NCBI GenBank assembly: GCA_002269645.1
Contig: NIVC01000010.1
Location: forward strand, 372,001 to 436,000
Length of the DNA stretch: 64,000 nt
Source: Macrostomum lignano
Lineage: Eukaryota
Reading direction: 5' to 3'
Part shown: positions 11,901 to 25,000 of the stretch, one piece after another
How positions within the stretch are numbered: the stretch's first letter is position 1
How the letters are laid out: each line of letters starts with the position of its first letter
The notes under the pieces: model-generated
What the model was told of the DNA's origin: nothing
Databases searched by the model: none
The model's input: only the letters and a program-made list of their open reading frames with translations
Position numbers and translations under genes: made by a program

Positions 11901-14578
11901 TCAGATCTCAGTATCTTTGAGTCTGCCTCTCCGCTCCCTCAGTATCCTTGAGTCTGCCTCTCCGCTCCCTCAGTATCCTCGAGTCTGCCTCTCCGCTCCC
12001 TCAGTGTCCTTGAATCTGCCTCTCCGCTCTCTCAGTGTCCTCGAGTCTGCCTCTCCGCTCCCTCAGTGTCCTTAAATCTGCCTCTCCGCTCTCTCAGTGT
12101 CCTTGAGTCTGCCTCTCCGCTCCCTCAGTGTCCTTGAGTCTGCCTCTCCGCTCCCTCAGTATCCTTGAGTCTGCCTCTCCGCTCCCTCAGTATCCTTGAG
12201 TCTGCCTCTCCGCTCCCTCAGCATCCTTGAGTCTGCCTCTCCGCTCCCTCAGTATCCTTGAGTCTGCCTCTCCGCTCCCTCAGTATCCTTGAGTCTGCCT
12301 CTCCGCTCCCTCAGCATCCTTGAGTCTGCCTCTCCGCTCCCTCAGCATCCTTGAGTCTGCCTCTCCGCTCCCTCAGCATCCTTGAGTCTGCCTCTCCGCT
12401 CCCTCAGTGTCCTTGAGTCTGCCTCTCCGCTCTCTTAGTATCTGAATCTGCATCTGTTTGTCTCTCTCCCGTCTCTCCCCTGTCTTTCACATGTCTTTTC
12501 CGTCTTACCCCTGGTTCTCGCCTGTCTCCTCTGTCTCTCTCCCCTGTCTTCCCTGTCTCCCCCTTGTCCCTCCCCTGTCTCCCACATTTCTACCACGTCT
12601 TTTTTCAAGTCAACAGACACAGGCACTTTTAGCAAAGTCACCCGCGCATTTCTACTCATTCACTCAGCTCTCCGACATCCAAGCGACCAACCGCGCAAGA
12701 GCCGCAGGCGCAGAAAAGTTTCCCAGCTTCGTCTAGCGACAGTCTGGACCCGCTGTCGAGTCCACGCCGTCAGCAGCAGCCTGTCAGGGAAAGCGGCGCA
12801 AGTTTGGAGCGGCCAAGATCGCGTGGCAACAATTTCGACGATTTGCCATCGCTCTCGGCAGTTGGAGGGGGCGGTGGCGGTGGCGGCAATGCTAGACAGT
12901 CGCCTCGCGGCGGTAAGAGACTGTTTCAGCGGAGTTAGAGACTGGTAGCAGGTAGATAGATGGGTAGCAGGTAGATAGATGCGTAGCAGGTAGATAGATG
13001 GGTAGCAGGTAGATAGATGCGTAGCAGGTAGATAGATGGGTAGCAGGTAGATAGATGGGTAGCATGTAGATAGATGGGTAGCAGGTAGATAGATGGGTAG
13101 CAGGTAGATAGATGGGTAGCAAGTAGATAGATGGGTAGCATGTAGATAGATGGGTAGCAGATAGATAGATGGGTAGCATGTAGATAGATGGGTAGCATGT
13201 AGATAGATGGGTAGCAGGTAGATAGATGGGTAGCATGTAGATAGATGGGTAGCAGGTAGATAGATGCGTAGCATGTAGATAGATGGGTAGCAGGTAGATA
13301 GATGGGTAGCAAGTAGATAGATGGGTAGCATGTAGATAGATGCGTAGCAAGTAGATAGATGGGTAGCATGTAGATAGATGGGTAGCAGGTAGATAGATGC
13401 GTAGCAGGTAGATAGATGCGTAGCATGTAGATAGATGGGTAGCAGGTAGATGGGTAGCAGGTAGATAGATGGGTAGCAGGTAGATGGGTAGCAGGTAGAT
13501 AGATGGGTAGCAGGTAGATAGATGCGTAGCAGGTAGATAGATGGGTAGCAGGTAGATGGGTAGCAGGTAGATAGATGGGTAGCAGGTAGATAGATGGGTA
13601 GCATGTAGATAGATGGGTAGCAGGTAGATAGATGCGTAGCATGTAGATAGATGGGTAGCATGTAGATAGATGGGTAGCAGGTAGATAGATGGGTAGCAAG
13701 TAGATAGATGGGTAGCATGTAGATAGATGGGTAGCATGTAGATAGATGGGTAGCAGGTAGATAGATGCGTAGCAGGTAGATAGATGGGTAGCAGGTAGAT
13801 GGGTAGCAGGTAGATAGATGGGTAGCAGGTAGATGGGTAGCAGGTAGATAGATGGGTAGCAGGTAGATAGATGGGTAGCATGTAGATAGATGGGTAGCAG
13901 GTAGATAGATGGGTAGCAGGTAGATAGATGGGTAGCAAGTAGATAGATGGGTAGCATGTAGATAGATGCGTAGCATGTAGAGAGATGGGTCGCAGGTTGA
14001 TAGATGGACAGCAAATAGAAAGATAGGTAGCAGGTAGAATACACGATGGGACACGGCAGGTAGATAGCGATGAAGCAGGTAGATGGTAGATAGAGATTCA
14101 GTTCATACATACAGAGTATCGTAGCTAACCAGATTGAATGAGCCCACAGACTGATGCCCTTCAATGATCTGCAAAGTCTCCATCTCAATTCCTCATCGAC
14201 CGCAACCCAGGCGACACCAGCAGCAATTCGATGCTGTCCGACCAGCTGGTCTCGAATGCCGCCGGCGGCGGCGGCGGCTTTGACTACGGCGGCGGCGGAG
14301 GTGGAGACTACTTTGACGACTTCGAGGACAGCATCGCTGGCGGCGTCAGCAGCAGCGCTGGCGGCGGCGCTCTCGCATCGGCGCGCAGCTTGAAGTCGCA
14401 GTCGCAGATCAGCGCCGGCGACGACGGCGAAGTTGAAGACGAAGAGATTGAAGTGGAGGAGCTGCCGTCAGCGGCAGACGAGGACCCAACCGACGTAACG
14501 GTCGATAGCGAGATCTCTCTGCAGGCCGACTACGTCGAAGATGCCAATAGGCATGCCACTGGCAGGTCGCAGTTCTGA
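5946..14578 (+). CDS. CEP43: FOP / FGFR1 oncogene partner (CEP43) centrosomal LisH-domain protein, 5'-partial
   Basis: Exons 5946-6326 (phase 0-0), probable 7478-7612 (0-0, weak donor), 7799-7905 (0-2), 12668-12912 (2-1), 14211-14578 (stop TGA). N-terminus AELRASIFLALEDQ...ELKDFLQTGEGRQVFGLVRDLLEYFQLDYTLAVLKPETG and C-terminus DVTVDSEISLQADYVEDA match my recall of FGFR1OP (AELRAAVFLALEEQ..., DFTLAVFQPET, ADYLEDVA). The first coding exon was not found in the window. Confidence 0.85.
6375..7375. repeat. 34-bp minisatellite (GTTAATCCGCTGTCTTTATCACCCTGCTGCCCGA)n, intronic
   Basis: About 29 near-identical tandem units starting ~50 nt after the donor at 6327. Confidence 0.95.
7950..9650 (+). repeat. 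31-bp minisatellite (GAGCGGAGAGGCAGATTCAAGGACACTGAGG)n
   Basis: More than 50 tandem units starting ~45 nt after the donor at 7906. Confidence 0.95.
9950..10720. repeat. GA-rich compound tandem repeat
   Basis: Purine-rich, with recurring GGAGAGGAGGGAAAAGAGAGAGGAGAGAGGAGATA units. Confidence 0.9.
11375..12435 (-). repeat. Inverted copy of the 31-bp minisatellite
   Basis: Units CAGTATCCTTGAGTCTGCCTCTCCGCTCCCT are the reverse complement of the 7950-9650 units; a CAGATCT variant is interspersed. Confidence 0.92.
12945..14000. repeat. 19-bp minisatellite (GTAGCAGGTAGATAGATGG)n
   Basis: Tandem units starting ~30 nt after the donor at 12913. Confidence 0.95.
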
Positions 14579-14629
14579 TTGACAGCTCTCTGATTGTATA
14601 CTGACATTGAATTGGATCCTGCCACCGAG

Positions 14630-15385
14630 CACGTCAGAATCCTGACACCATGTAAGCCAGAATCCTGACACCCAGCAATACAGAATCCTGACACCATGTA
14701 AGCTAGAATCCTGACACGAATCCTGACATCCTGTAAGCCAGAATCCTGACATCCTGTAAGCCAGAATCCTGACATCCTGTAAGCCAGAATCCTGACATCC
14801 TGTAAGCCAGAATCCAGACACCCAGTAATACAGAATCCAGACACCCAGTAATACAGAATCCAGACACCCAGTAATACAGAATCCAGACACCCAGTAATAC
14901 AGAATCCAGACACCCAGTAATACAGAATCCAGACACCCAGTAATACAGAATCCAGACACTCAGTAAGTCAGAATCCTGACACCCAGTAATACAGAATCCA
15001 GACACTCAGTAAGTCAGAATCCTGACACCCAGTAATACAGAATCCAGACACCCAGTAATACAGAATCCAGACACTCAGTAAGTCAGAATCCAGACACTCA
15101 GTAAGTCAGAATCCTGACACCCAGTAATACAGAATCCAGACACCCAGTAATACAGAATCCAGACACCCAGTAAGTCAGAATCCAGACACTCAGTAAGTCA
15201 GAATCCAGACACCCAGTAATACAGAATCCAGACACCCAGTAAGCCAGAATCCAGACACCCAGTAAGCCAGAATCCAGACACCCAGTAATACAGAATCCAG
15301 ACACTCAGTAAGTCAGAATCCAGACACCCAGTAATACAGAATCCAGACACCCAGTAAGCCAGAATCCAGACACCCAGTAAGTCAG
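14630..15385. repeat. 23-bp minisatellite (CAGAATCCAGACACCCAGTAATA/GTAAGT)n downstream of the CEP43 stop
   Basis: Tandem units, many containing CAGTAAGT or GTAAGC; an acceptor-like TTTGTTTTTCCTCAG ends at 15415. Confidence 0.93.
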
Positions 15386-16035
15386 AAAAGTAAGGCATTC
15401 TTTGTTTTTCCTCAGGTCATCACTTTGACATTAACAGAACTTAGGATCCATTGGTCCATTCTAAACACACATACGAACTGCTCTCCTCTACAGTACAGCT
15501 AAAGTTGAAGCTAACAAACAACCGTTGTGCGGTTTGTTAATAGTTTTAATTTGTTGAAATTTGATACAAACACGTTGCCTAATGCAACCACTGTAAGTAG
15601 CTTGTAGTACAATTTTAATCGCTTTTATTTAGCTTGCTTTTCACCGTATTTGTTTTAAATTTATTCCGTCCATTTTTTTATTTAAAACATTCGGTTTAAA
15701 GTGTATATTGATACGTAGCGTGTGTTCGTTGATTGAATAATTTTTTCTAAACATAAAATCCATTGTTTTTTCAAGCAGGTCTTGCCTTAAATTGCTTATA
15801 TTTTGTCTAGTTTTTCTCAATAATAAAATATATTCGATGACATGTAGAATAGAATCTGTATTGTGTTTGTTTATTTCATTTGAAACATTCATGGTATTTA
15901 TTGTTTTTTTCAAAACTCTGATAACCTCACTAAAAATACACATTTCAGCCCATGCATCCTAAGCAATCGCTAATCTTAAGTGGCTACTAGCCCAGTAGTC
16001 TGGATAGCAGTAGATTTTTTCAATCTGCACTGGCA

Positions 16036-19000
16036 ATGCTACTAGTGTTTTATCTGGCCTGGATTTGGAAACTAAGTTGGATTGTTGCAAGCGTACTTGT
16101 CGCATCTTGTGACGGAACAGGTAAATTATTGAACTGCTTTGCTAAAGTAATAGTGTGGTGTTCTGTTGTATGATCCCTGCTAGGGACTGCTTGTTTTAAG
16201 GTCTGAATTAGGGTCGGGGATTGGGGTGTGTGTTCTGGGGTCGGGGAGTGGGGTGTGTGTTCTGGGGTCGGGGAGTGGGGTGTGTGTTCTGGGGTCGGGG
16301 AGTGGGGTGTGTGTTCTGGGGTCGGGGAGTGGGGTGTGTGTTCTGGGGTCGGGTAGTGGGGTGTGTGTTCTGGGGTCGGGGAGTGGGGTGTGTGTTCTGG
16401 GGTCGGGGAGTGGGGTGTGTGTTCTGGGGTCGGGTAGTGGGGTGTGTGTTCTGGGGTCGGGGAGTGGGGTGTGTGTTTTCTGGGGTCGGGGAGTGGGGTG
16501 TGTTGTGGGGTCGGGGAGTGGGGTGTGTGTTGTGGGGTCGGGGAGTGGGGTGTGTGTTGTGGGGTCGGGGACTGGGGTGTATTCTGGGGTGAATTTATTT
16601 TTAAATTAGTTTCGTCTGCCTAATTCACTTTTTAGGACCGATATCAGACGAGGGCACGCCGCCTACTTTTATCCATTGGCCGGCTTCTCAGCGTCACGTG
16701 ATCTTGTTGAAGCCCTATCACGTGACTCTGGAATGCGGCGCATTCGGCGATCCACCGCCTAATTTAGTGTGGCAACGAGACGGTCAAGTTATCGCTACTA
16801 ATAGTAGTCTTGGCCGGAACAAATCTTTCTATGGTGAGCAGATTTTTGTCAATTTCTATCTGATTTTATTAGATCTTGCAATTAAAATAAGCTGGCATAT
16901 TTTAGATTTTAAAGAGTAAATGCTCGAAGTGCTAAGGGTGAAAATCTTGAGCATCTTTATTGTGAAATTTTTAGTCTGACCTTTGTAGTAACCAAGAATA
17001 TAAATATTAATGTTGACTCACCTTCAGTGAACAGCTCGTTTGAGGCAATTTCGCCTGGAGTCTACCGCTGCCTCGCCGTCAATAGCCTGGGCGTTGCCGT
17101 CTCAGACGTTGCCATAGTAACAACCATGGAAGCTGCTCAATCTGCCCCGATAATTACTGTGAGCAGCAGAGCGGGCGACAGCCTGCGGTTGCCATGCAAA
17201 GCTGCTCCAGCCGCGCTCACTGATTCAGGTGGTTCTTCTCATCTGCGTTTGATGGGCGGCCTGTTTACATGGCACAAATTGGTTAGCGCTACTGGCCGGC
17301 TGCACACCGTTCCCATGGCAACCGAAGGTTCGACTTGCATTGTCTTATTTGTTTTATTATTCGAACTTGCAATTGTGAAGCTACTGTACTTTTGTACGAT
17401 TCTGGAAGCTTTGTGCATTTTGAGTTAACTGGGGTTCATTCCTGACACTCCTGTCGAGGAGAAAGTCTGTAGACCCTCTGTGTTGCCTCCGCGTACGTAG
17501 AAGTCACCCTGGCCAACCTGCTCCCGCAGGCGCCGCTCGAATGGGCATCGACCCCAGCAACGGCGCCCTGCTGTTCGCCTCGGTTCGACAAAGCGACGGC
17601 AGCGGCGTCTACAGGTGCGGCTGGCGCGACCCCGGCCTGCGGAGAATTATTGAAGACCGCCTGGCTTACCGGCTCTCCGTGCTGCCGCCTGGCCGACTCG
17701 AACCCGGGACCTCGTCCTCAACCGACAGTCAATATTCTTCGACAGTCGGCCTGATGTCAGCGAGTCCGGCCGATACGTCTGCAGCAAACCCGGCGACAGC
17801 TTTCTCGGGCAGCACTCTGATGCTGTTCTGCTTCTTTTCAGGCAATCCGCCGCCAACTATTGCTTGGCAAGTTGCTTCTAGTAGCGAGTCGGATGGGCAG
17901 TTTTTGCCAGTAGATGATGCCGCTAGCGATGGCGTTGAGCGTCGGGTTGTTGACCAAGGCACCGGACTGGTGCTGAAAATCAGGGCTGACATTGGCAACC
18001 GTCTGGGTAATTATTATTTTTCAAGTTATTCAATTATCTTTAAATAATGAACGTCTTTGGATGCCGTAGTCTAGTGGTCTGCTGTGCCAGCGGCCCAGGC
18101 TCGATTCCAAGTGCAGTCACGTTAATTTGGGGCTGAATTGGAATCTCGGCTTGGCTCTGCTTGTGCAATTAACCCCCAAGGCACAGTGAAGTGTACATGC
18201 CTAACGATAAAATAAAGTTAGGGCCGCTGTACACTCCTGTGTGAGTGTGTGTCTGTGCCTATGACTGCTCAGGGGAGTCGGCGAAATGAGCAGTAATGCC
18301 TCTCGCCGGTTGTGCGACAATGTCGCTTAAAGTGCGCCAGGGGGGGGCAAAGTTAAGCATTCTTCATTGTACGTACATGACGTGTACATATATATGATTT
18401 TAAGAATCGGTGTTGTTAGCGCTCATTTTGGCGCCGCAGACAGGCGCTCATTTTGGCGCCGCAGACAGGCACTCATTTTGGCGCCCTGAAGCAAGATCAG
18501 TGATTTCCACAACGGGTCACAAAGTGATGTGGGGGGGGGGACAAAGCATTGGCATGCCCCCCCCCCCTGTGTGTCCCCCGATGGCGATGCCCTTGTGCGC
18601 CAGAATGCCCCTTGCTCCCATCTCTAACTTAAATAGCAAAGCACAGAAATCAATAATTATTTTCATTCACTGAAAAACTACGCAATCTGTTGACACATAT
18701 TTCACTACCTGCAACCACGCAGGCCGCTATCGTTGCGTTGCCACTAGCAACAGTGGCGTCGTTGCGTTCTCAGATTTTCACCTGAAAATTGTGCCGCCTC
18801 CAATTTGGTCGCCCCGCGGCCGCCCGCCGTCCAACGCTGTCGTTGCCATTGGCGACCGGCTAGTGATGCGTTGCCAAGCAGATCATGCGCAGCGCTGTCA
18901 GTGGATTAGTAGAAATGGCGTCAGTTTGAAATTGAACAGCAGTTCAACAACAGAATCGGTTGTCATGGTTACGGATAGTGCCAGCTACGCCGATAGGGCG

Positions 19001-22000
19001 GTGTACCAGTGCAACTGCACTAGTGGGTTGCCAGGCGCCTATCTCTACGCCAATGCCTACGTGAATGTAGTTGCTAGGCGGCCGAAGATTATAACTAAAC
19101 AGTTGGCCCACTGGGCCTGGGCAAACGCCAGTTTCACTCTGCCGTGTCGATCCGAGCCTCGGCCGGCTAAGGTAGAATGGACTCGCGTGAGCAGTGCGAC
19201 TCCCAGCAAGCAGGTCGACTTTCTCAATGGAGGTCGCTATCAGCTGCTGGGCCTGGAGTGGGGCGGACTGGCGGATTTGACTGTTGACAAATTGCAACTT
19301 AGCGACGGGGGTCAATACCGCTGCCGCCTGATTAACCAGTTTGGTGAGCTCCGACTCCTGATGAACACTGCACCCACCCCACCTCTGCTATAATGATTTC
19401 TCACTCCTGATGAACACTGCACCCACCCCACCTCCGCTATAATCATCTCCGACTAGTGATGTACAATGAACCCACCCCACCTCCGCTATAATCATCTCCG
19501 ACTAGTGATGTACAATGAATCCAGTTCACCTCCGCTATAATCATCTCCGACTAGTGATGTACAATGAATCCAGTTCACCTCCGCTATAATCATCTCCGAC
19601 TAGTGATGTACAATGAATCCAGTTCACCTCCGCTATAATCATCTCCGACTAGTGATGTACAATGAATCCAGTTCACCTCCGCTATAATCATCTCCGACTA
19701 GTGATGTACAATGAATCCAGTTCACCTCCGCTATAATCATCTCCGACTAGTGATGTACAATGAATCCAGTTCACCTCCGCTATAATCATCTCCGACTAGT
19801 GATGTACAATGAATCCAGTTCACCTCCGCTATAATCATCTCCGACTAGTGATGTACAATGAATCCAGTTCACCTCCGCTATAATCAGCTCCCTCACTCCT
19901 GATGTACACTGTACCTACACCACCTCGGCTTTGATCAGCTCCGACTCCTGATGTACACTGTACCCACCCCACCTCCGCTTTAATCAGCTCCCTCACTCCT
20001 GATGTACACTGTACCTACACCACCTCCGCTTTAATCAGCTCCCTCACTCCTGATGTACACTGTACCCACCCCACCTCCGCTTTAATCAGCTCCCTCACTC
20101 CTGATGTACACTGTACCTACACCACCTCGGCTTTGATCAGCTCCGACTCCTGATGTACACTGTACCTACACCACCTCGGCTTTGATCAGCTCCCTCACTC
20201 CTGATGTACACTGCACCCACCCCACCTCCGCTATAATAAGCTCCTACTCCTAATGTACACTGCACCCACCCCACCTCCGCTATAATAAGCTCCTACTCCT
20301 AATGTACACTGCACATATTTACTCGCTGATTTATTCACGCACCAAACCCACCGCAGGCTCGGCATCTGTACAGCAGAACCTGACTGTGCTTCAACCCACC
20401 CGTGTCCTGGCCGGTCCAGCCGACGCCCTGGCCGACGGCCGGGCCTACCCAGCTGAAGCCGAAGAGCTCCGCCTGCCCTGTCGAGTAGCCGTGGATTCGC
20501 GCCTAGCAACAATTCCGGGTAGCAACAGGATTGTCTCAGTCAGTATCAGCTGGCTCAAAGACGGCCTGGCGCTGACGCCCTCGTCAACAACTTTGACTCG
20601 CAAGATTGACAGCTCCGATGCGAAAGCGGAACTTTTAGAGTTTGAAGACTGGCTGGTGCTGTCGCCTGTTCAACCTCAACACGCCGGCAGATACGCTTGC
20701 TCGGCAGGAGCCGTTGCCATGGTAACTAGTATGAGATCCGCCGATCCGGGCGACACAAGCTACACCGGCTTGTTGCGAGTTGTTGAGCCGCCAAGAGCGC
20801 CCAGGGCTTTGCTGCTAATTGGCTGCAACTCTGGCCTGGCCACACTGGCTTGGTCATCGCCGTCGGAGTCTGTTAATGAGACTGCAGCGAATGCTAACGT
20901 TATCAATAGTGTTGCTACTAGTTACGCGGTTGAATTTTCCGAGCAATATTCGAGCTACACAAGATGGCATGCGGTAGAGCACTGCGGCAGTGTTACCGAT
21001 TTGCGCTGTGAAGTTCGTCTGCTGCCCAGTTTGGCGCTCAAATTCAGAGTTCGGGCGCTTAACCTAGCGGGGCCCGGACCGCCGTCTGAGTGAGTCTTTG
21101 TCATTGTGGGCTATTGTGTCAGTTAGTCTTTGTCATTGTAGGCTATTGTGTCAGTTAGTCTTTGTCATTGTAGGCTATTGTGTCAGTTAGTCTTTGTCAT
21201 TGTAGGCTATTGTGTCAGTTAGTCTTTGTCATTATAGGCTATCGTGTCAGTTAGTCTTTGTCATTGTAGGCTATCGTGTCAGTTAGTCTTTGTCATTGTA
21301 GGCTATCGTGTCAGTTAGTCTTTGTCATTGTAGGCTATCGTGTCAATGAGTCTTTGTCATTGTAGGCTATCGTGTCAATGAGTCTTTGTCATTGTAGGCT
21401 ATCTGTCAATGAATCTTTGTCATTGTGGGTTATCGTGTCAGTCTTTGTCATTGTAGGCTATCGTGTCAGTTAGACTTTGTCATTGTAGGTTACCGTGTCA
21501 GTTAGTCTTTGTCATTGTGGGTTATCGTGTCAGTTAGTCTTTTTCATTTTGGGCTATCGTGTCAGTTAGTCTGTCATTGTAGGCTATTGTGTCAGTCTGT
21601 CATTGTAGGCTATCGTGTCAGTTAGACTTTGTCATTGTAGGTTACCGTGTCAGTTAGTCTTTGTCATTGTAGGCTATCGTGTCAGTTAGTCTTTGTCATT
21701 GTAGGCTATCGTGTCAGTTAGTCTTTGTCATTGTAGGCTATCGTGTCAGTTAGTCTTTGTCATTGTAGGCTATCGTGTCAATGAGTCTTTGTCATTGTGG
21801 GTTATTGTGTCAGTTAGTCTTTGTCATTGTAGGCTATCGTGTCAGTTAGTCTTTGTCATTGTAGGCTATCGTGTCAATGAGTCTTTGTCATTGTGGGTGA
21901 GCTATCCTAACCTCCGAACCCCGCGTCCCACCCAGTCCGCCGCTGGACGTGACATCGGACTCTGATTGTCGCTCCGAACCGAAGCCCCCCTCCGCTAATC

Positions 22001-25000
22001 CAACCGAGCTTCGAGTTGACGGCGGCAGCTGCCACAACGTCGAAATTTTAGGACAACCACCTCGCCTGCGGATTCGCTGGCGGCCGGTGTCTCCGTTGGC
22101 CATCAATGGGCCAGGATTTGCCTATAGCCTGACTGTCGCATGCGAAGATTGTCGCTCCGCTCCTATTGGCCAGCAATATGCGACTCGAATCGACGGCTTT
22201 CAACAGGACTGTTTAGTGTTGCATAGTCTGGAAATTGACGGCAAAGATTATCCTATTGAGGCCTATCGCACCTATCGTGTCGAGGTGAGTTATCTAATAA
22301 ACTTTCATTTCTCCACCCACCTCACTTCGCTCTGTACCCACCTCACTCCGCTCTGCAACCACTTCACTCTAATCTGCAGCCACCTCACTCCGCTACGCAC
22401 CCACCTCTATCCGTTCTGCACCCACCTCTATCCGTTCTGCACCCACCTCACTCCGCTACGCACCCACCTCTCTCCGTTCTGTACCCACCTCACTCCGCTC
22501 TGCACCGACCTCACTCCGCTCTGCACCGACCTCACTCCGCTCTATCTCTACCTCCTATATGGCTCACTTATTGAACCACTATTCGGCCCTAGATTCTCTC
22601 TGTAAACAACCTGGGCAACTGCTGCACTAATTCGGCATCCAAGATTGCTGCAACAGCTTCTGCCTCAGGTCGTAGCAGTGAAACAGCGCCTGAAGTGGCG
22701 CCAAAACGCCTGCGGCAGCTGCAAATGGCACCGGCTACTGCCGAAGTGAAAGCAGAACAAGTGGAGCCTAGCGAAGGCGCCGATGTGTGGCTCGCCTGGG
22801 ATATGCCAATGGTAAGAATACTTTAAATGTGACGCTAATACTGGCGGAAAATGTGACGCTAATACTGGCGGAAAATGTGACGCTAATACTGGCGGAAAAT
22901 GTGACGCTAACCCTAGCGCCAAATGAGATGCATTTTTGCGCCTAATGTGACGCTAATCCTGGCGCCAAATGAGATGCTTTTTTGCGCCTAATGTGACGCT
23001 AATCCTGGCGCCAAATGAGATGCTTATCTTGGCGCAAAATGTGACGCTAATCCCGGCGCCAAATGTGACGCTTATCTTGGCGCAAAATGTGACGCTAATC
23101 CCGGCGCCAAATGTGACACTTATCTTGGCGCCAAATGTGACGCTAATCCTGGCGCCAATTGTGTCGCTTTTTGGTGTTTATTTTGACGCGCAAATGTGAA
23201 GCTTTTTGGCGTTAAATGTGACGCTAATATTGGCGCTAATAACGTCTCCCCCTCTCGCCTAAAAACCCATCAGAATCCCCAGACTGACCAGCGCATGAAC
23301 GGTGAATTCCGCGGCTACCGAGTCGATTGGTGCGCAGCCGCTGCTCAGGCCGACTGTCTGGATTTGCTGGCACCGCTCGGTCGATATGAAAAATCCAAAA
23401 CTATTGAGGCCAGCCTAGCCGGGTCTGTTGACATTCTAGTTGACCAAGTGTACAGGCTCGATACTACTAATGCCAGCAGTAGTAGCTACTGCGCTAAAGT
23501 AACCGAACTGCCTGGCGATACTTGGCTGCGCTTGCGACTGCGGCCGGTTAACTCGGCCGGACTGGCTGCGTCCGAGGCGGCGCTGCTGACGCTGCGGACT
23601 CGAGAGGCTCGGCCGGGGCCGGTCGGCGAATTCACTCTGTTGGGCGCGGCAGGTGCCGATCGGCTGGAGCTGGCCTGGACCAGACCGGCCAGGACCAACG
23701 GCCGGTTGCTGGGCTTCTCGCTGGCCTGGAGCGAGGTGAGGAGGCTGAGGCTGTTTTTTGAGCGATTTTTTAGCTTTTTGAAGCATTCAAGTAGGCATGA
23801 GCGGGTCAATCTAGAGAGGCGCCAAAATGTGCGAGGCACCAAACTAAGCTTTGAGTGGCGCCAATCTAAGATATGAGAGGCACCAAACTAAGCTTTGAGT
23901 GGCGCCAATCTAAGATATGAGAGGCACCAAACTAAGCTTTGAGTGGCGCCAATCTAAGATATGAGAGGCACCAAACTAAGCTTTGAGTGGCGCCAATCTA
24001 AGATATGAGAGGCACCAAACTAAGCTTTGAGTGGCGCCAATCTAAGATATGAGAGGCACCAAACTAAGCTTTGAGTGGCGCCAATCTAAGATATGAGAGG
24101 CACCAAACTAAGCTTTGAGTGGCGCCAATCTAAGATATGAGAGGCACCAAACTAAGCTTTGAGTGGCGCCAATCTAAGATATGAGAGGCACCAAACTAAG
24201 CTTTGAGTGGCGCCAATCTAAGATATGAGAGGCACCAAACTAAGCTATGAGAGGCGCTAATCTGAGATGAGAGGCGCCAAACTAAGATTTTAAAGGCGCC
24301 AGACTAAGCTATGAGAAGCGCTAATCTGAGATATGAGAGGCGCCAAACTAAGATTTTAGAGGTGCCAGTCTAAGCTATGAGAGGCGCTAATCTGAGATAT
24401 GAGAGGCGCCAAACTAAGCTATGAGAGGCGCTAATCTAAGATACGCGAGGCGCCAAACTAAGCTATGAGAGGCGCTAATCTAAGATACGCGAGGCGCCAA
24501 ACTAAGCTATGAGAGGCGCTAATCTAAGATACGCGAGGCGCCAAACTAAGCTATGAGAGGCGCTAATCTAAGATACGCGAGGCGCCAAACTAATTAGATG
24601 CGGGGGGCGCTAAGATACGGGGGGCGCCAAACTAATAAGATACGCGCCAAACTAATCAGATACGCGCCAAACTAATCAGATACGCGCCAAACTAATCAGA
24701 TACGCGCCAAACTAATCAGATGCGCGCCAAACTAATCAGATGCGCGCCAAACTAATCAGATACGCGCCAAACTAATCAGATGCGCGCCAAACTAATCAGA
24801 TACGCGCCAAACTAATCAGATACGCGCCAAACTTAGTCCATCAAGCTCTCCTCCAACCCCTGCAGATCCGAGGCCTCCGCCTGCTCCAGCTGGTCCAGCT
24901 GCCGCCAATCGTGGATCCCTGGCAGAGCCGGGCCACTCTGTCCGACCTGAGTCCGGGCTCCGCCTACAGGGTCTACCTGACAGCTCGGACACTGGCCGGC

